A stretch of 64,000 nt of DNA from Octopus sinensis. Lineage: Eukaryota. Location of the stretch: contig NC_043005.1 in the NCBI RefSeq assembly GCF_006345805.1, forward strand, positions 62,310,001 through 62,374,000. The letters are read 5' to 3'. Made by a program: the position numbers and the translations under genes. Below the pieces are notes generated by a model. That model had not been told where the DNA came from and did no database searches. It saw nothing but the letters and a program-made list of their open reading frames with translations. Below are positions 25,483 to 38,874 of this stretch, in pieces. Position 1 is the stretch's first letter. Every line of letters starts with the position of its first letter.

Positions 25483-26242
25483 CTAAAAGAAAAAAAAATA
25501 TTATATAAGATGAACTTTGTAATTTCTGTTTCAAAGTTTAACTAAGTTTTAATATGGAGTAAAGTATCATTAGACATAAATTTTCTTTCTTGTTTGTAAA
25601 ACAATAACACCAAGACTGAAATCTGAAACTTGTATTACTTAATCAGCAAATTAATCACACAACAACTTTTATAACACAAGAAGCAGTAATTGTCCTCCTT
25701 ACCACACAAACACACACATTTAAAATTTCATCTACAAGATAGTTGTCTTCTGACAGATTATCTGCTATAGAATATTTAATGAGAGAAATACTTGAGCTAA
25801 TCAAAGTTTCATTAAGACAAATTTTTATTATGCTTAATTTCAAGTGTTTTATTATCAACTAGACCATTAAGTAATTAAATAACTTGGTAAATGTTTCTCA
25901 TCAGGGCTATAGTTATTTTGATTTTTAGAATTACTATGTGAAGGTAATTAGACTGACAGACCAGAACAAACAGAAGACCAAATTTAGATATAGAATATTG
26001 TGTTTTCGTTTTAGATAAATTTTAAAATCCTATCCATATCATTAAAAATTAATGAATATTCAAGATATATTGGTCATACATAAGGGTGTTTTGTTATAAG
26101 CTTTTTCATACTCTAAACTTGTAACCCTTATGCACTAAGTAATCCATCCATCCATACACACAAACACACACGCAGATAAACATAAACATACACACACACA
26201 CACACAAAAGAAACAAATATATATATATGTACACACACACAC

Positions 26243-26395
26243 ATCATCATCATCGTTTAATGCCCACTTTCCATGCTAGCATGGGTTGGAGAATTTGACT
26301 GAGGACTGGCGAACCAGATGGCTGCACCAGGCTCCAATCTGATCTGGCAGAGTTTCTACAGATGGATGCCCTTCCTAACGCCAACCACTCCAAGA
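26243..26395 (-). mobile_element. RTE 3'-tail fragment (inverted relative to the next copy)
   Basis: (CAT)n CGTTTAATGCCCACTTTCCATGCTAGCATGGGTTGG... is the reverse complement of the RTE tail. Confidence 0.85.
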
Positions 26396-26419
26396 TACAC
26401 ATATATATATATGACAGTA

Positions 26420-26825
26420 CTGCCTGATTGGCACTCATGCCAGTGGAATGTTAAAAACACATCCGAGCATGATCGTTGGCAGGGCTGCGGATTGGCTCCC
26501 ACGCCAGTGACACGTAAAAAGCACCATTCGAGCATGATCACTGCCAGCATTACCTTACAGGCACATGTGCCGGTGGCATCTGAAAAACAACATTCAAGCG
26601 TGGTCATTGCCAGTGCTGCCTGACTGGCCTTTGTGCCAGTGGGACGTAAAAGCACCCACTACACTCTGGGAGTGGTAGTTGGCTTCAGAAAGGGCATCCA
26701 GCTGTAGAAACTTTGCCAGATCAGATTGGAGCCTGGTGCAGCCTTCTGGCTCGCCAATCCTCAGTCAAACTGTCCAACCCATGCCAGCATGGAAAGCGGA
26801 CGATAAACGACAATGATGATAATGA
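26420..26825 (+). mobile_element. RTE 3' UTR fragment with minisatellite units and tail
   Basis: GCACGTAAAAAGCACC-type units followed by the shared tail and (GAT)n. Confidence 0.85.
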
Positions 26826-27721
26826 TGGGATGTATATAATTACATAAATAATCTGAAATAGCAATAGCTATTAAAACCATAAAATTATGCAGTAAAACCA
26901 TTTGATCATTTTCCTTGTATTTTTAGCTCTGCTCGGAAATTAAACTTTTATTGATATATACGTTATTTTACTTCATGGTTTATCAGTTTATCATAGTGCA
27001 TATATTTTGTGAACTGCCTTATTTCCATTATTTCTTAGGGTTAAATATTATCAAGTAACTGAATGTTAAAATAAGAAAATCGTGATAAATTAAAAACACT
27101 CTGAAAATGTGAAACTTATTTTTTATGATGAGACATTTACACTTTACAGTGCTTTTAATATTACAGATTGAACAAAAAAATAATGATAATATTGATTAAA
27201 TGTTCTTGTGATTGAGATTATTAAGACGCTAGTGACATTGGAGGTATGAAAAATTTCACTAAACAAACAAAATTTTGAGGATAATTTAACAGATGTTATA
27301 TAATAGAGGATAAAACTGAGCATATCAACTAGAAAGTGTATATCCATGTAGTTAAGAATTCCACATCTCAGCATGGTTTTAGGTTCAATTCCACTACATA
27401 GCACCTTCAACATGTGCCTTCTCTTGCAACATGAGCTAATAAATGCATGTATGTGTGTGTGTGTGCATGTGATTGTATCTGTACAGACTGTTTACATTCT
27501 GTGATTCAAAAGGAAAAGCACTGAGCTCTAAGCAGTGAAATTTGTTGTCACTTCCCACCACCAAATAGTTTACTTGCTCTGTAATTTGAAGATCAATAAA
27601 CTAAAAAATCCCTTAGTGATAGGAGGAGAATACTATCGTAAAACAATTCCTTGATGATAAGCATTTGTCGAATACACTTTGGCATCGGAAAAGGGACATC
27701 ATCATCCTTAACTTCGAATGT

Positions 27722-27895
27722 GTATTTTTCATACTGGCATGGGTTGGACAGCTTGATAGGAGCTGGCAAGGAAAGGAGCCACACCACATTCCATAGTCTC
27801 TTTTGGCTTGTGATCTACAGCTGGATGCCCTTCCTAACGCCAACCACTTTACAGAGGGTATTGGGTGCTTTTATGTGGAATCATCTCCAGTGCTT
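27722..27895 (-). mobile_element. RTE 3'-tail fragment, diverged
   Basis: CATACTGGCATGGGTTGGACAG...GATGCCCTTCCTAACGCCAACCAC. Confidence 0.7.
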
Positions 27896-28629
27896 TTTAC
27901 CACATAAAAATGAATATATTGTCTTCTTGCCTCCAGATTAAAAATAAACAAAAAAGAACACATTGACTTTGCTCTCATAGCATCTAGATACTAAACTGCC
28001 ATGCCTTTAGCCACTGCTCTCTCACTTCTGCTATAATCCATTCTTAAGACATCTCTTATTTGTTACCATTCTGAATGGCCTCTCATATCTAACATCATGC
28101 CCCACTTATTATAGCCTCATTATGTTCCTCTACATTTCCCTATCCACTGCTTCTACACCTTGCACATCCTCCAGCTACTTTCTCATCTATTCTTCTTCCT
28201 GGGCCACTCCTATATCTCTCACCTTACCATTTTTTCATACTAATACTTCCCTTCAATTGTACTTCCACTCATGTTCAGTACTCACTATATTCACTTCTAC
28301 CCTCATTTTTAACCATCAATTATGCCCCTCATACTGACGCAAATATCCACTCTCTCATTCTTTCCATTGACCCACTTTCTATGTGCTCTCTTATGCTCAC
28401 CTTGTACCTTGAGTGTTTGCTCTAGAATGCCATCACTAGCTTTTTGCTCCTTCAGCCATATGTCTTCTCTAGAGCAAGACATCTATGCTTGTCCCTCTAT
28501 CATACTTTATAACCTTTCAACACCTGGGATAAAGCCACCTACCTCCACCTTTCCCATTCAGTAGTGGGAGCTTTTTCTTTTTTACCTATTCTTTATTTCT
28601 CTTGTAAGTTACATGTAACTTTAAGGGTG

Positions 28630-28798
28630 CTGGTGGCGGAAAGAAAAGCACCAGTATACACTGTAAAGTGGTTGGTATTAGGAAGGGCATACAACCACAG
28701 AAATCATTTCAAAGCTGACATTGCAGCTTAACAAGTCTTTGCAGCAGTCGAAGCATGGAAAACAGACGTTAAATGATGATGATGATGATGATGATGAT
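28630..28798 (+). mobile_element. RTE 3'-tail fragment, diverged
   Basis: GTGGTTGGTATTAGGAAGGGCAT...AGCATGGAAAACAGACGTTAAAT(GAT)n. Confidence 0.7.
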
Positions 28799-28823
28799 AT
28801 ATATGCATATATATTTATATACA

Positions 28824-28860
<37 letters not shown>

Positions 28861-28930
28861 GTGTATATATATATGCATCTGTATATATAAATACTTATAT
28901 GTGAATACACACACACACATATATGTATAC

Positions 28931-28965
<35 letters not shown>

Positions 28966-29064
28966 AGCATACATACACGTTATATATTTATTTATAAAAT
29001 ATAATCAATTAACAGATGGACAGGCAGTTGTTAACAGAATCAAAGCGTTTATAAAATAGTTATA

Positions 29065-29515
29065 CAGAAGTGTCTTCTACTATAGCCTTGGGCTGACCAA
29101 AGCCTTGTTAGTGGATCTGGTAGATGGAAATTGAAAGAAGCCCGTCACATATATATATATATATGTATGTGGACTGCTCGCTTAGCCAGTGGGGTGGTGT
29201 CATTCAAAGGCTAAAACAATGCGAATGCATTGTGACCAGCGATGTGTAACTACATCTGATGGACTGGTCGGTCACATGATCACGTGATATATATGTATGT
29301 ATTCATGTGTCTGTGTTTGTCCCCTCACCATCGCTTGAGAACTGATGATGTTATATTTATGTCCTCCATAACTTAGCAGTTCGGCAAAAGTGACCAATAG
29401 AATAAGTACTAGGCTTACAAAGAATAAGTCCTGGGTTCAATTTGTTCGACTAAAGGTGTTGCTCCAGCATGGGTGCAATCAAATGACTGAAACAAGTAAA
29501 AGAATAAAAGAATAA
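29065..29515 (+). mobile_element. SINE family 1 (CORE-type) with a ~120-bp insert in its internal (TA)n
   Basis: Body and tail (GACTGAAACAAGTAAAAGAAT) match other copies. The extra segment at ~29170-29290 is absent from them. Confidence 0.8.
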
Positions 29516-29534
29516 AGTGTGTGTAAATATAATG

Positions 29535-29698
29535 AAGCAGGAAATCAGGAAAATCCGGAAAGTGAAAATTTATAGCAATTCTTCATAGATAAGCAGATAT
29601 CTGGAAAGTTCATGATATCAAAAATATCACAGATATCTTCCTATCTATGAAGAAATATGACGGACTTTTGCTTTCCGGATTTTCCTGCTTATCTGCTT
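29535..29698. mobile_element. Foldback MITE-like element (~165 bp)
   Basis: Long imperfect inverted arms (AGGAAAATCCGGAAAG...TTCTTCATAGATAAGCAGATATCTG versus its reverse complement) around a ~30-nt spacer. Second, diverged copy at ~34375-34480. Confidence 0.75.
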
Positions 29699-31036
29699 AA
29701 TTATTTTTAATATTCAATTCTGTATAACTATTTCATAAACACTTTGATGCCATTAACATTGCTTGTCCATCTTTTTAATTTATCACTCTTTCATTAGTTT
29801 GACTGGTACATTGCCTGTAGCCAACTCTTGTTTACCTGGATGCTTTCTCCAATTGATATTGAATTTTAGGTGTCTGACCCAGTCTGAGCACTAATTGTCT
29901 GTGTCTCTAACATGTCTTTTTGATGTATTCTTCCCCTTTGTGTTTGTGTGTATGTATTTATTATATATTATACATTTATACTATATATATTAAATATTAT
30001 TTAATGGTATATACGATATATATCTATATCTATCTATATGTACACACATACATATATGTGTGTGTGTATTAATTATATATTATACATTTTTACTACATAA
30101 CATATATATATGTTAAATATTATATGATATATATGTATATCTATCTGTACATACACACATACATACATGTGTATGTGTGTATATACATACATACACACAC
30201 ACATAAGTAAGAGGACAAATGAAAGAAAAGATACGCAACACATTTTGTAGGAGTTACTTAAATTATTATTAAAAGCAGTTTGATTCGGCTCCATATGACT
30301 TAAGGTTCTGCAGTCCTCTTTACAAAAACCTGGCCTGTTCAGGCTTAGATAACTGGTTATCATTCAGATGTGATTAGTGATGGTTGCACTGATGATCAAA
30401 TCCTTATCATTGGCCTCTTATTTGAAACACTAAGTATTAACATAACCTGCTAGTTATAATCCTGATCAAAGATTTGCATGAATAAATTACTGGTTATGCT
30501 TAAACCAAAACAATGAAAGCTTCTAGACTTAAGACACTCAAATGCTTATCAATATTCAAGTATATAACAGCCTAGAAAACTCACAATTTGAAACAAAACT
30601 CCAGCTAGATGGGCTGATGTTGGCATTAACTAAGAGCTGTGCTTCAAACACGTTGCACTTATTTTGATTTTGTGGCAAACTTGTGACTTCTTCAAAATAT
30701 CTAATTTACTTAATCATTATACGATGTTGTAGTTTACATGACATTTTGTTATAAAAGTACAGATGTAAGTGATTGCTGAAAGCCACCTAACAATGCAGAG
30801 TATAGAAGAAGAAAAAAAATCTTATACATTATTTCAGCTTTAACAAGCTCTAACTCAAAATGAAACTACAATGTTAAACAACACCAACATAGACATGATA
30901 TATATACAGAAATGCAAAATGGAGTGGGAACGAGTGGGATGTGCTACTCTAATCATAAAAAGAAACCTCTGATAGTCTAGAAGATTGTGGTAATTGTTAA
31001 ATTAAGGTTGTAAGCGTCTAATGAGTGTATAATGTG

Positions 31037-31080
<44 letters not shown>

Positions 31081-31529
31081 CACACACACACATACATATC
31101 TTCTCTAATATGTATTGCTGATTTTATCAAAGGCATTGAAAGAAATTTGACTTGTTTTCTGGCAGCAGTCTAGATGTCTGTTAACAAACAAACCTAATTT
31201 ACATGTTCCTGTAATGTTTAATGGACAGATGATATTGTTTATGATAATTTCCTAATATCAAATGAATTCACTCCATTAGTATTTGCAGATACTTCCAATG
31301 GAGATGTTAGCAAGTGTGCCAATTCTGTAAATAATAGAAGTACACACACATGCATGTGCACACACACACGCATGTGCACACACACACACACACACACACA
31401 TACACCAAGAAGGGCATATCAAAGATGCCTCTTAATCTTTTGCATACTCATTGTTTGTTCTAGGAAAAAAAACCTTCAAATATTTCTACTTGTTTCCTAC
31501 TTTTATATATATATATATAAATCTCAGTC

Positions 31530-31800
31530 AAGGTAACTCTCAAGATGGCTCTGTGATTTCATACTTCCTTTCATTAATTGTCATTGTGGCCTCTGCCATG
31601 TTGATCTTTATACCTTTAGAGTTTAGACCAAACTTCCAAGTTTGAAACTTATTCAGCAACTCATTGACTGCTGTTGAAAATTAGGTTTCACAGCATTCAC
31701 AGCATATGAAATTTCCAAAGGCAAGTCAGTCCCAAGCTCTTATTTGATTCTGAAGCAAAGTGCACAGAGAGATTTAATTCAATACACAAGTGAAGCTGTA
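31530..31800 (-). mobile_element. Ancient RTE RT fragment
   Basis: LGTDLPLEISYA..VNELLNKFQTWKFGLNSKGIKINMAE parallels KTGCP(WELL)YADD..ELQKKFQVWKQGLELKGLR of the 11.4-kb RTE. Confidence 0.55.
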
Positions 31801-33039
31801 AAAGTTCACACAAATCTCTTCTTATATTTAATGAAAACATCTTACATAAAAATAGTACAGGTTTAGGCATAAATATGAAGAAAGCTAGAGAAAACAATAA
31901 AACACTGTAATTCTCAATGAATAAGCTATAGAGAATATTCATAATTGAATGTTATTTTATTTAAGTATTGTTTATTATTTTTGACTTGGGACCCTTTTCT
32001 CTGAAGAATTGCAATTCCACTTTCTGATATCACACAGTTTAATGTAAATAAAATGTATGATGTGTCATCTTTTTGAAAAGTAGGAAAAAATAAGAACATT
32101 TACCCTTTTGCTATTTTTTGACTGATGTACATGCTGATTAAAAAACACTTAAATTAATGGAGAAATACACTTTCTTTTTATTTTTATGTCAACAAAATTT
32201 GTTGGAAATGCTTAGATTTAAAATTTTATTTCTCCTTCATAATTCAGAGAAGAAAACTACATAAAATAAAAAGCAAAATTATAATAGGCCATGACAAGTA
32301 ATATATGAGTTATTTACAATGAAGAAGTGGAAATATCATATGAATTTATTGCGCTTTGACAACTAAATTCACAATATATTTTTCCTTTCATTACTGTCAA
32401 TATTTTTAACAAGCTAAGCTATATTTAAAGAATAAATATCTGAGTGATGCTGTCAGTATGAAAAACAACAGATGTGTTAGTGTTAACATAGTCAATGCAA
32501 GGAACAATAAGTAACTAGTTAAAAACAGTTATACAGTGAGGTAGAATACAATATTAGAAAACAATGCAATATTTGTCAACGGCAAATATTAATTTAATTA
32601 TTTCTGCAAGAACAAGAGGTGACTCCAAATAAGATCTGGTCTTATTATGACCTCATCAGCAAAGCAGACTTTACCAAGCATACTGAAGAATTAATAAGTG
32701 AATCATTAAGTAAATGTAGATCAAATCAACTGGAACACACATTGCCATAATTGGCAGAGTGCCAGGTTAGGGCATTTATAACTTATTAATTTGTTTGTTG
32801 AATGTCTAAAATCTGTTGAAATAGATTGTCAATTTTCAGTGATTTTTTCTGTTTTGCTATTGAGTCTTTAATGTTCTCTTTTACATATTTAACTGACAGG
32901 TAAATGGTGTAGGAAATATCAAATAAATTGTAAAGGACAAAGGGAAGGTGACTGACTTATTCTACTGATAATGATATACAATCTTAATATTTGCTCCCAA
33001 AATGAAAATGGATTTTTAACTATTTTGCCCAGTATGACA

Positions 33040-33420
33040 TACTCTTTTACTTGTTTCAGTCATTTGACTGTGGCCATGCTGGAGCACCACCTTTAGTGAA
33101 GCAAATCGATCCCAGGACTCATTCTCTGTAAGCCTAGTACTTATTCTATTGGTCTCTTTTGTCGAACCACTAAGTTATAGTGACGTAAACACACCAGCAT
33201 TGGTTGTCGAGTGATGTTGGGAGGACAAACATAGACACACAAACATATACATACATACATACATATACATACATACATATATATATATGATGGGCTTCTT
33301 TCAGTTTCCGCCTACCAAATCCACTCACAAGGCTTTGGTCGGCCCGAGGCTATAGTAGAAGACACTTGCTCAAGGTGCCACACAGTAGGACTGAACCTAG
33401 AACCATGTGGTTTGTAAGCA
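33040..33420 (-). mobile_element. SINE family 1 (CORE-type), near full length
   Basis: Reverse complement of 29065-29515 without the insert. Confidence 0.85.
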
Positions 33421-33434
33421 AGCTATCTTTTTTC

Positions 33435-33810
33435 TTATATTTTACTTGTTTCATACATTGGACTATGACCATGCTGGGGCATTGCTTTGAAGGCTTTTAG
33501 CTGAACAAATCAATCACAATACTATTATTTTCTTAGCCTTGTGCTTTTTCTACTGGTCTCTTTTTACTGAACTATTAACTAACATGATTATAAATAAGCC
33601 AACACTAGTTGTCAAGCAGTGATGGTGATGGGGCAAACAAACACACATATATATATCTGTATATATAGCTTCTTTTAGTTTCTGTCTACCAGATCCATTT
33701 ACAAGGCTTTGGCTGGCATGATCTATAATAGAAAACACTTGCCCAAAATGCCATGCAGTGGAACTGAACCCAGGAACATATGGTTGGGAAGCAAATTTCT
33801 TACCACACTG
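33435..33810 (-). mobile_element. SINE family 1 (CORE-type), older copy
   Basis: Same motifs in the same order, more diverged. Confidence 0.7.
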
Positions 33811-34374
33811 TCAGAAAAAATTCTAGTTTTTATCAAAGCATTTATAAAATATCTGTTGATAACTGTTCGGTTCAGAGGTTTGCATAGAAACCTGCGAAAA
33901 TGTCTTGTACAATGCCCTAGTGATGGACAAAACCTTGTGACTGGATTTGGTAGTCAGAAACTGAAAGAAACCCTGTGCAGTGTGTGTGCGTGTGTGTGAG
34001 TTTATGTGTACCCTTGTTTTAACATCTCATGAAGGTTGTGAACAAGTAACACTTGCCATACAAGCAACGTTCATTTCCAGTCTGATATAAGATATTGACT
34101 TGAGCAGAAATGGAAAAGGACACTAATATGATGATAATGATTTATGTCTATACCTACTACAAAAACTATACATTATGTTTATTCTCTACTCAAAATGGCT
34201 AGACAAAGAAGTACCTTTTGTGTTCTGTTGTGCTCAATATAAACAATGTAGAAAAAGGGTTAAAACAAAGTTAAACAGATTCATTGGTCAATCAAATTTA
34301 AATTTGGAAGCTGCTAATAAACTCTTTTTAACTTTGGTTTAAAAACACTGAAAACAAAATTTCATAGCAATACT

Positions 34375-34480
34375 AAATTGAAAATTCATAATAGTTCTTC
34401 ATAAATAGGTAGATATCTGGAAAGTACATAATCTAATATCATAAATCACAGATATCTTCTTATCTATGAAGTACTACTAT
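34375..34480. repeat. Diverged second copy of the 29535-29698 foldback element
   Basis: TTCTTCATAAATAGGTAGATATCTGGAAAG...CACAGATATCTTCTTATCTATGAAG. Confidence 0.65.
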
Positions 34481-34794
34481 TAACAATACTAATACAAAAT
34501 TTATGAATATATGATTCCACATGCTGAAAGCTGTAATGCACAATGAACTTAAATACAAAGAGGAAAATATAACATCTAGCCATGCCTGGCTGACTCTGAA
34601 TAGTGGCTAATTTATATATATATATATTTATCTTTTCCTTGTTTCAGACATTAGACTGAAGTCGTGCTGGGGTACTGCTTTCAAGAATTTTTAATTGAAT
34701 GAATCGACACCAGTATTTTTTTTTTTAAGTTTGGTAATTTTTCTCTCAGGCACTTTTTGCTGAGCCACTAAGTAATGGGGACATAAACACATGA

Positions 34795-34990
34795 GATATA
34801 TTAAGTGTTAACACCACAAAGTCTGCATCAGTTATCACACATTAGTGTGTTTCCTGCATCTCTGTCCCTTCTGGGCATCAGATGTTTGGTTGCTATTTCA
34901 TGTTCCTGGATTGCAAATACATACCTTTCAAAGTGAGAGTTAGTAATCCAGCTATTGCATTTATGTATATGATGAAGAGTACCAATAGCT
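34795..34990 (-). mobile_element. R4/Dong fragment
   Basis: Minus strand reads GYVFAIQEHEIATKHLMPRRDRDAG..CRLCGVN, homologous to 1550-1680. Confidence 0.75.
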
Positions 34991-37900
34991 TAAGTACCTA
35001 AAAATGCAGTAGGCATTTTATACTTTCTTATTGGAACTACAGTATATCTTTGGTTAAAACAACTTTCAAATTTACTAAGCCTATCTAGATGTAAATAAAT
35101 AAATGTCTCATGTTAGCAGCCTCACACTGTTCTATGCTCAGTAACGAACCAGTTGAAAATTTAACAGCTGATTCATTAGCTTGCAGCACTGAGCTCAGTT
35201 TCTTCACTCTCTCTCCCTTTTTGTTTTGTAGATGAGAAGAGGGATGCCTACAGAATGTCATCTGGTGCACACTCTCATACTACAATTATGCAATTATCAG
35301 AAAGCTTAGTAACTAGATTAGGATTTTAGTTTGATGGTTGATGTACAACAGCCCCATTGCACATGAAATTTATTATAAACATCTGCTCTCCATTAGCCAC
35401 ATGGAGCAGTTACTATAAATGATGAGTATAAAGAGAACATTAAACTCTGTAAAAGGGCTGAAATGTTACCTTTCAGTGTTCCAGACCCAAGCTTATGGAA
35501 TAAAAATCTGAAACACTGTCATGGTAAACTATAAGCTCAAAAGCTGCTGAAATATTATATAATCTAGTAAACGTCAAGTTAAAGACAGTAAATGACAATA
35601 ATGATTTTACATCATATTATGCTTGAGTCAGGAAGATTAAAAAGATTTACCAGAATATATGAATTATTTCATTATATGTATATGGTGCAGTGCATAATTC
35701 AATTCAGCTGCTTTTAGCAATGTAATGTTACGCATTTTCTATGTAATATAATTTTCTATGGTGTAAGTGCTTGGGTAAGAGGATATCTGACTAGACAGAC
35801 AGCATGTGACATGACTTTAATGAGAATTAAAATCTTTAGAAGTTTAATTACTAATTATGTGCTTTCTAATTTGCATTTTAACTCAGAAAATCAAATCTTG
35901 AAATTAAAATTAAGTGCGTTTAAATACACAAAATGAATTGTTTCCCATGCTGTGATGCGTAATATATAAAAGTGATATAATGTTATATAATTAATAAATA
36001 ATTCTTTAACCAACTAAGATCACTGTTTAAGTCAGTAATGAATTCTGCTTTGGAATATTAAACAGAATACATTAGAAAACGACCAAAAATATTCTTTAAG
36101 AAGCTTTCAACTACAGTTGCTTTGTTACTTTATAATAGTAACTCTGATGAATCTATTCAGTGAATTTTATTTAAGATTTTATTTGAATGAGAACCGTAGT
36201 TGGTTATATAAAGTAGCAAGTAATTACTTCTTGCAATAACTGTATTTAAATTTTAGAGAATGGATTGAAAATGAATAAATAAAAATTGCCATCTTAAGTA
36301 ACATATATATATATACATACTCAAAAATAACATAACTTGATGCAAAATTCTAGAGATTGATAGGTGATGTAATATTTTCAAATTTAATGAGAATAACAAG
36401 ATTGCATTTGGTCAATCTTCTATTCAGAATGCATACATATCTTAACTGTTCCTTTATTTCATATAATTGACAGATTGCCCATTACCATGGAAACATCTTC
36501 ATCAAATGAAGCAACCCCTTTCCAAAGTTTCATGTTAATTATTTCAAATTATTTTAATTAGTTGTTAAGAATCAACACTGCTATTTACATCTTGTAAACA
36601 TTATTCTATAACAAATATAACAAATTTTATAGCTAGTGCAATATTTTCAGATTTAGTTAGCATAATTGTATTTAGCGTACTTTCTATTCCAACTTGAATA
36701 TAATGTAGGTAGCTTATTTTATCCAAGAAGAACTGGAAACTATTCTCTAGTTTGGTAAAACTAAGTCAAGCAGAATTCATTGTTCTGTCCAGGTGCTCAG
36801 TGAAACACCTGATAAGATATAGTCTAACAAACTCTGAGCTATAGTTTAAAATATTATTCAATTAGTCATTTTACTAAAAATTGATATAATATTACCAGGT
36901 AATTAATGATCATTTTAATATTTCAGATCTAATTAGTCATAAAAGTTCACATTGATAATGTGCAAATACCTCATTCGTCAGCTGGAATGGAACACAAATC
37001 TATTCTAGAGTAAATAAACAGATATTTTAATTGATTACATGTTATGATGTGTGTGTGTGTGATGTTTTGTAGAGTAAAAGGTAAGTGTAACTGATTAGAA
37101 CAATAATGTTTATATACAACCTGACATTCTACTTTATCATTCTCCCCCACTCTCTCTCTCTGTTTTTCTCACTCTCTCTTCTTCTCTTTCATATACATAC
37201 CCTCACAAATACATATACGCACATGAACAGGCATATGTTGTTAGCTTTGGTAGAATATCTTTTTTACCTATTTTTTTTAACCTATTTTAATCATACGAAG
37301 CAAGAGAGAGATTTGCTATGAATACAGAGACTATTTTTTTTATGTAATCAACAGGAAAATAAATTTGAGATAATATGAATATAATATTCATTAATATCAA
37401 ATATTTATGGTGGTTAAGATTAATAATGTTAAATATTACAGCCACTACTGCATTATGGCATGAATCCATTATAACAATATTTGGCAGAAGAAATTCTTTG
37501 TAGAATGTAACTATTTCTTACAATGAATCTTTGCAAGAATTCTATTGCTATACATAGTAAATCGTTATGTCACAACACCAGACTAATGTCAAGTCCAAAG
37601 AGTCATTATAATCAAAAATAATAATAAGAAAAAAAGAAGTAAATCTTTATACTCAATAACCTTGTTCTTTAGTGAATCGAGTAAAATTAAGCTTGAAGTA
37701 AATTAAATTTGACAAAGAAAATAGCTTTTATCCTGGCCACTTTATACATTTCAAGACTTATTTATTTGTAGCCTATAATTTGTAAATGGAAATGAAAACT
37801 CATTCTATTATAAATATATTATGAAGTAAAAATGTCAGTAACAGGCAAGCAAAAGAAAAACTTGCCAGATTGATCTTTTGCCATAAGAAATCATGCAAGA

Positions 37901-38384
37901 CTTAGAGAGAACATTAAGCAACCAACTAAATAAATTAGAACTTTAGAGGAACTAATCAATAGGTTATGAAAACTATTGCATATTAAAGAAATAGTTTTTA
38001 TTCTGACATTTTTGAAAAAATACATGAAAAATTGAATTGGATTTTGAATTAGATTATTTCTTTTTCTGTGTCTCCATCGTTAGATATATTTGTGTTTTTT
38101 TTAAAATTAATATGATGAGGAAGTATTGCATTTAAAGAAATTTATTTTACAAGGTGAGAATGGATTCAAAGTTTTAAAGCTAGAATATTACTGTGCTCAT
38201 TGTCTTGAGATATGCATGAAAATGTAATGTTGTTTCTGTAAGATTATAACATGGAAAGATGACTCTTAATAATTACATTAAGTCCTGCACTTTACTGTAT
38301 CAATTAACTCACTGCTTCTATTCAGATCTAAAGTCATCAACATTTTCTCATTTTGAAAATGTTCATTATAGTTTGTTCCTTAAA

Positions 38385-38790
38385 CTGACTGGGGTACAAA
38401 TATATGAAGCACAGTATACCCATCATGGCTACCCACCTGATAAGGGTACACCAGACACATGCATCACAACCATATGTGTGTGATACAGCGACCTCATATC
38501 AAGATAAACACAGCATGATCTTGCAGGTGGGGCCCAGTTAGAATTTTCTTCAAGTCAAGCAACCCATCCCACTCAAAAGATCCCTGAAAAAGAGTTGTTT
38601 AAGAATGTTGAATGAAACACCTGTGTTTCCAAAGGTGAATTATTCAAACCCCACAAAATTCCTCTCAACACATAGCTATGATGCTTCCCCAATACTTCTG
38701 CTCATGATCAGAGATGCACATATTGTCAGCCACTAAGGAACATGCTGAAATGGTTATGGTAAAGCAACTGACAAGCGAATCTGTACTAAT
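38385..38790 (-). mobile_element. Inverted, truncated copy of the 48125-48775 LINE-3'-end-type repeat, abutting (TAA)n
   Basis: Reverse-complement similarity over ~400 bp (CCTGCAAG..GGGCCCAGTTAGAATTTTCTTCA..). Confidence 0.8.
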
Positions 38791-38798
38791 ACGTTCTG

Positions 38799-38851
<53 letters not shown>

Positions 38852-38874
38852 CATTGTTGTTGTTGTTATTGTTA

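Noticed and set aside
25703-25764. Possible upstream L27 exon (ADNLSEDNYLVDEILNVCVCV, GTAAGG donor)
   Set aside because: Only weak similarity, it lacks the LLxxPHxK motif expected before ALL..HD, and it ends in a GT microsatellite. Left uncalled.
28000-28560. Pyrimidine-rich ORFs 28122-28564
   Set aside because: Low-complexity, and probably a very old LINE remnant on the minus strand; no diagnostic motif recovered.
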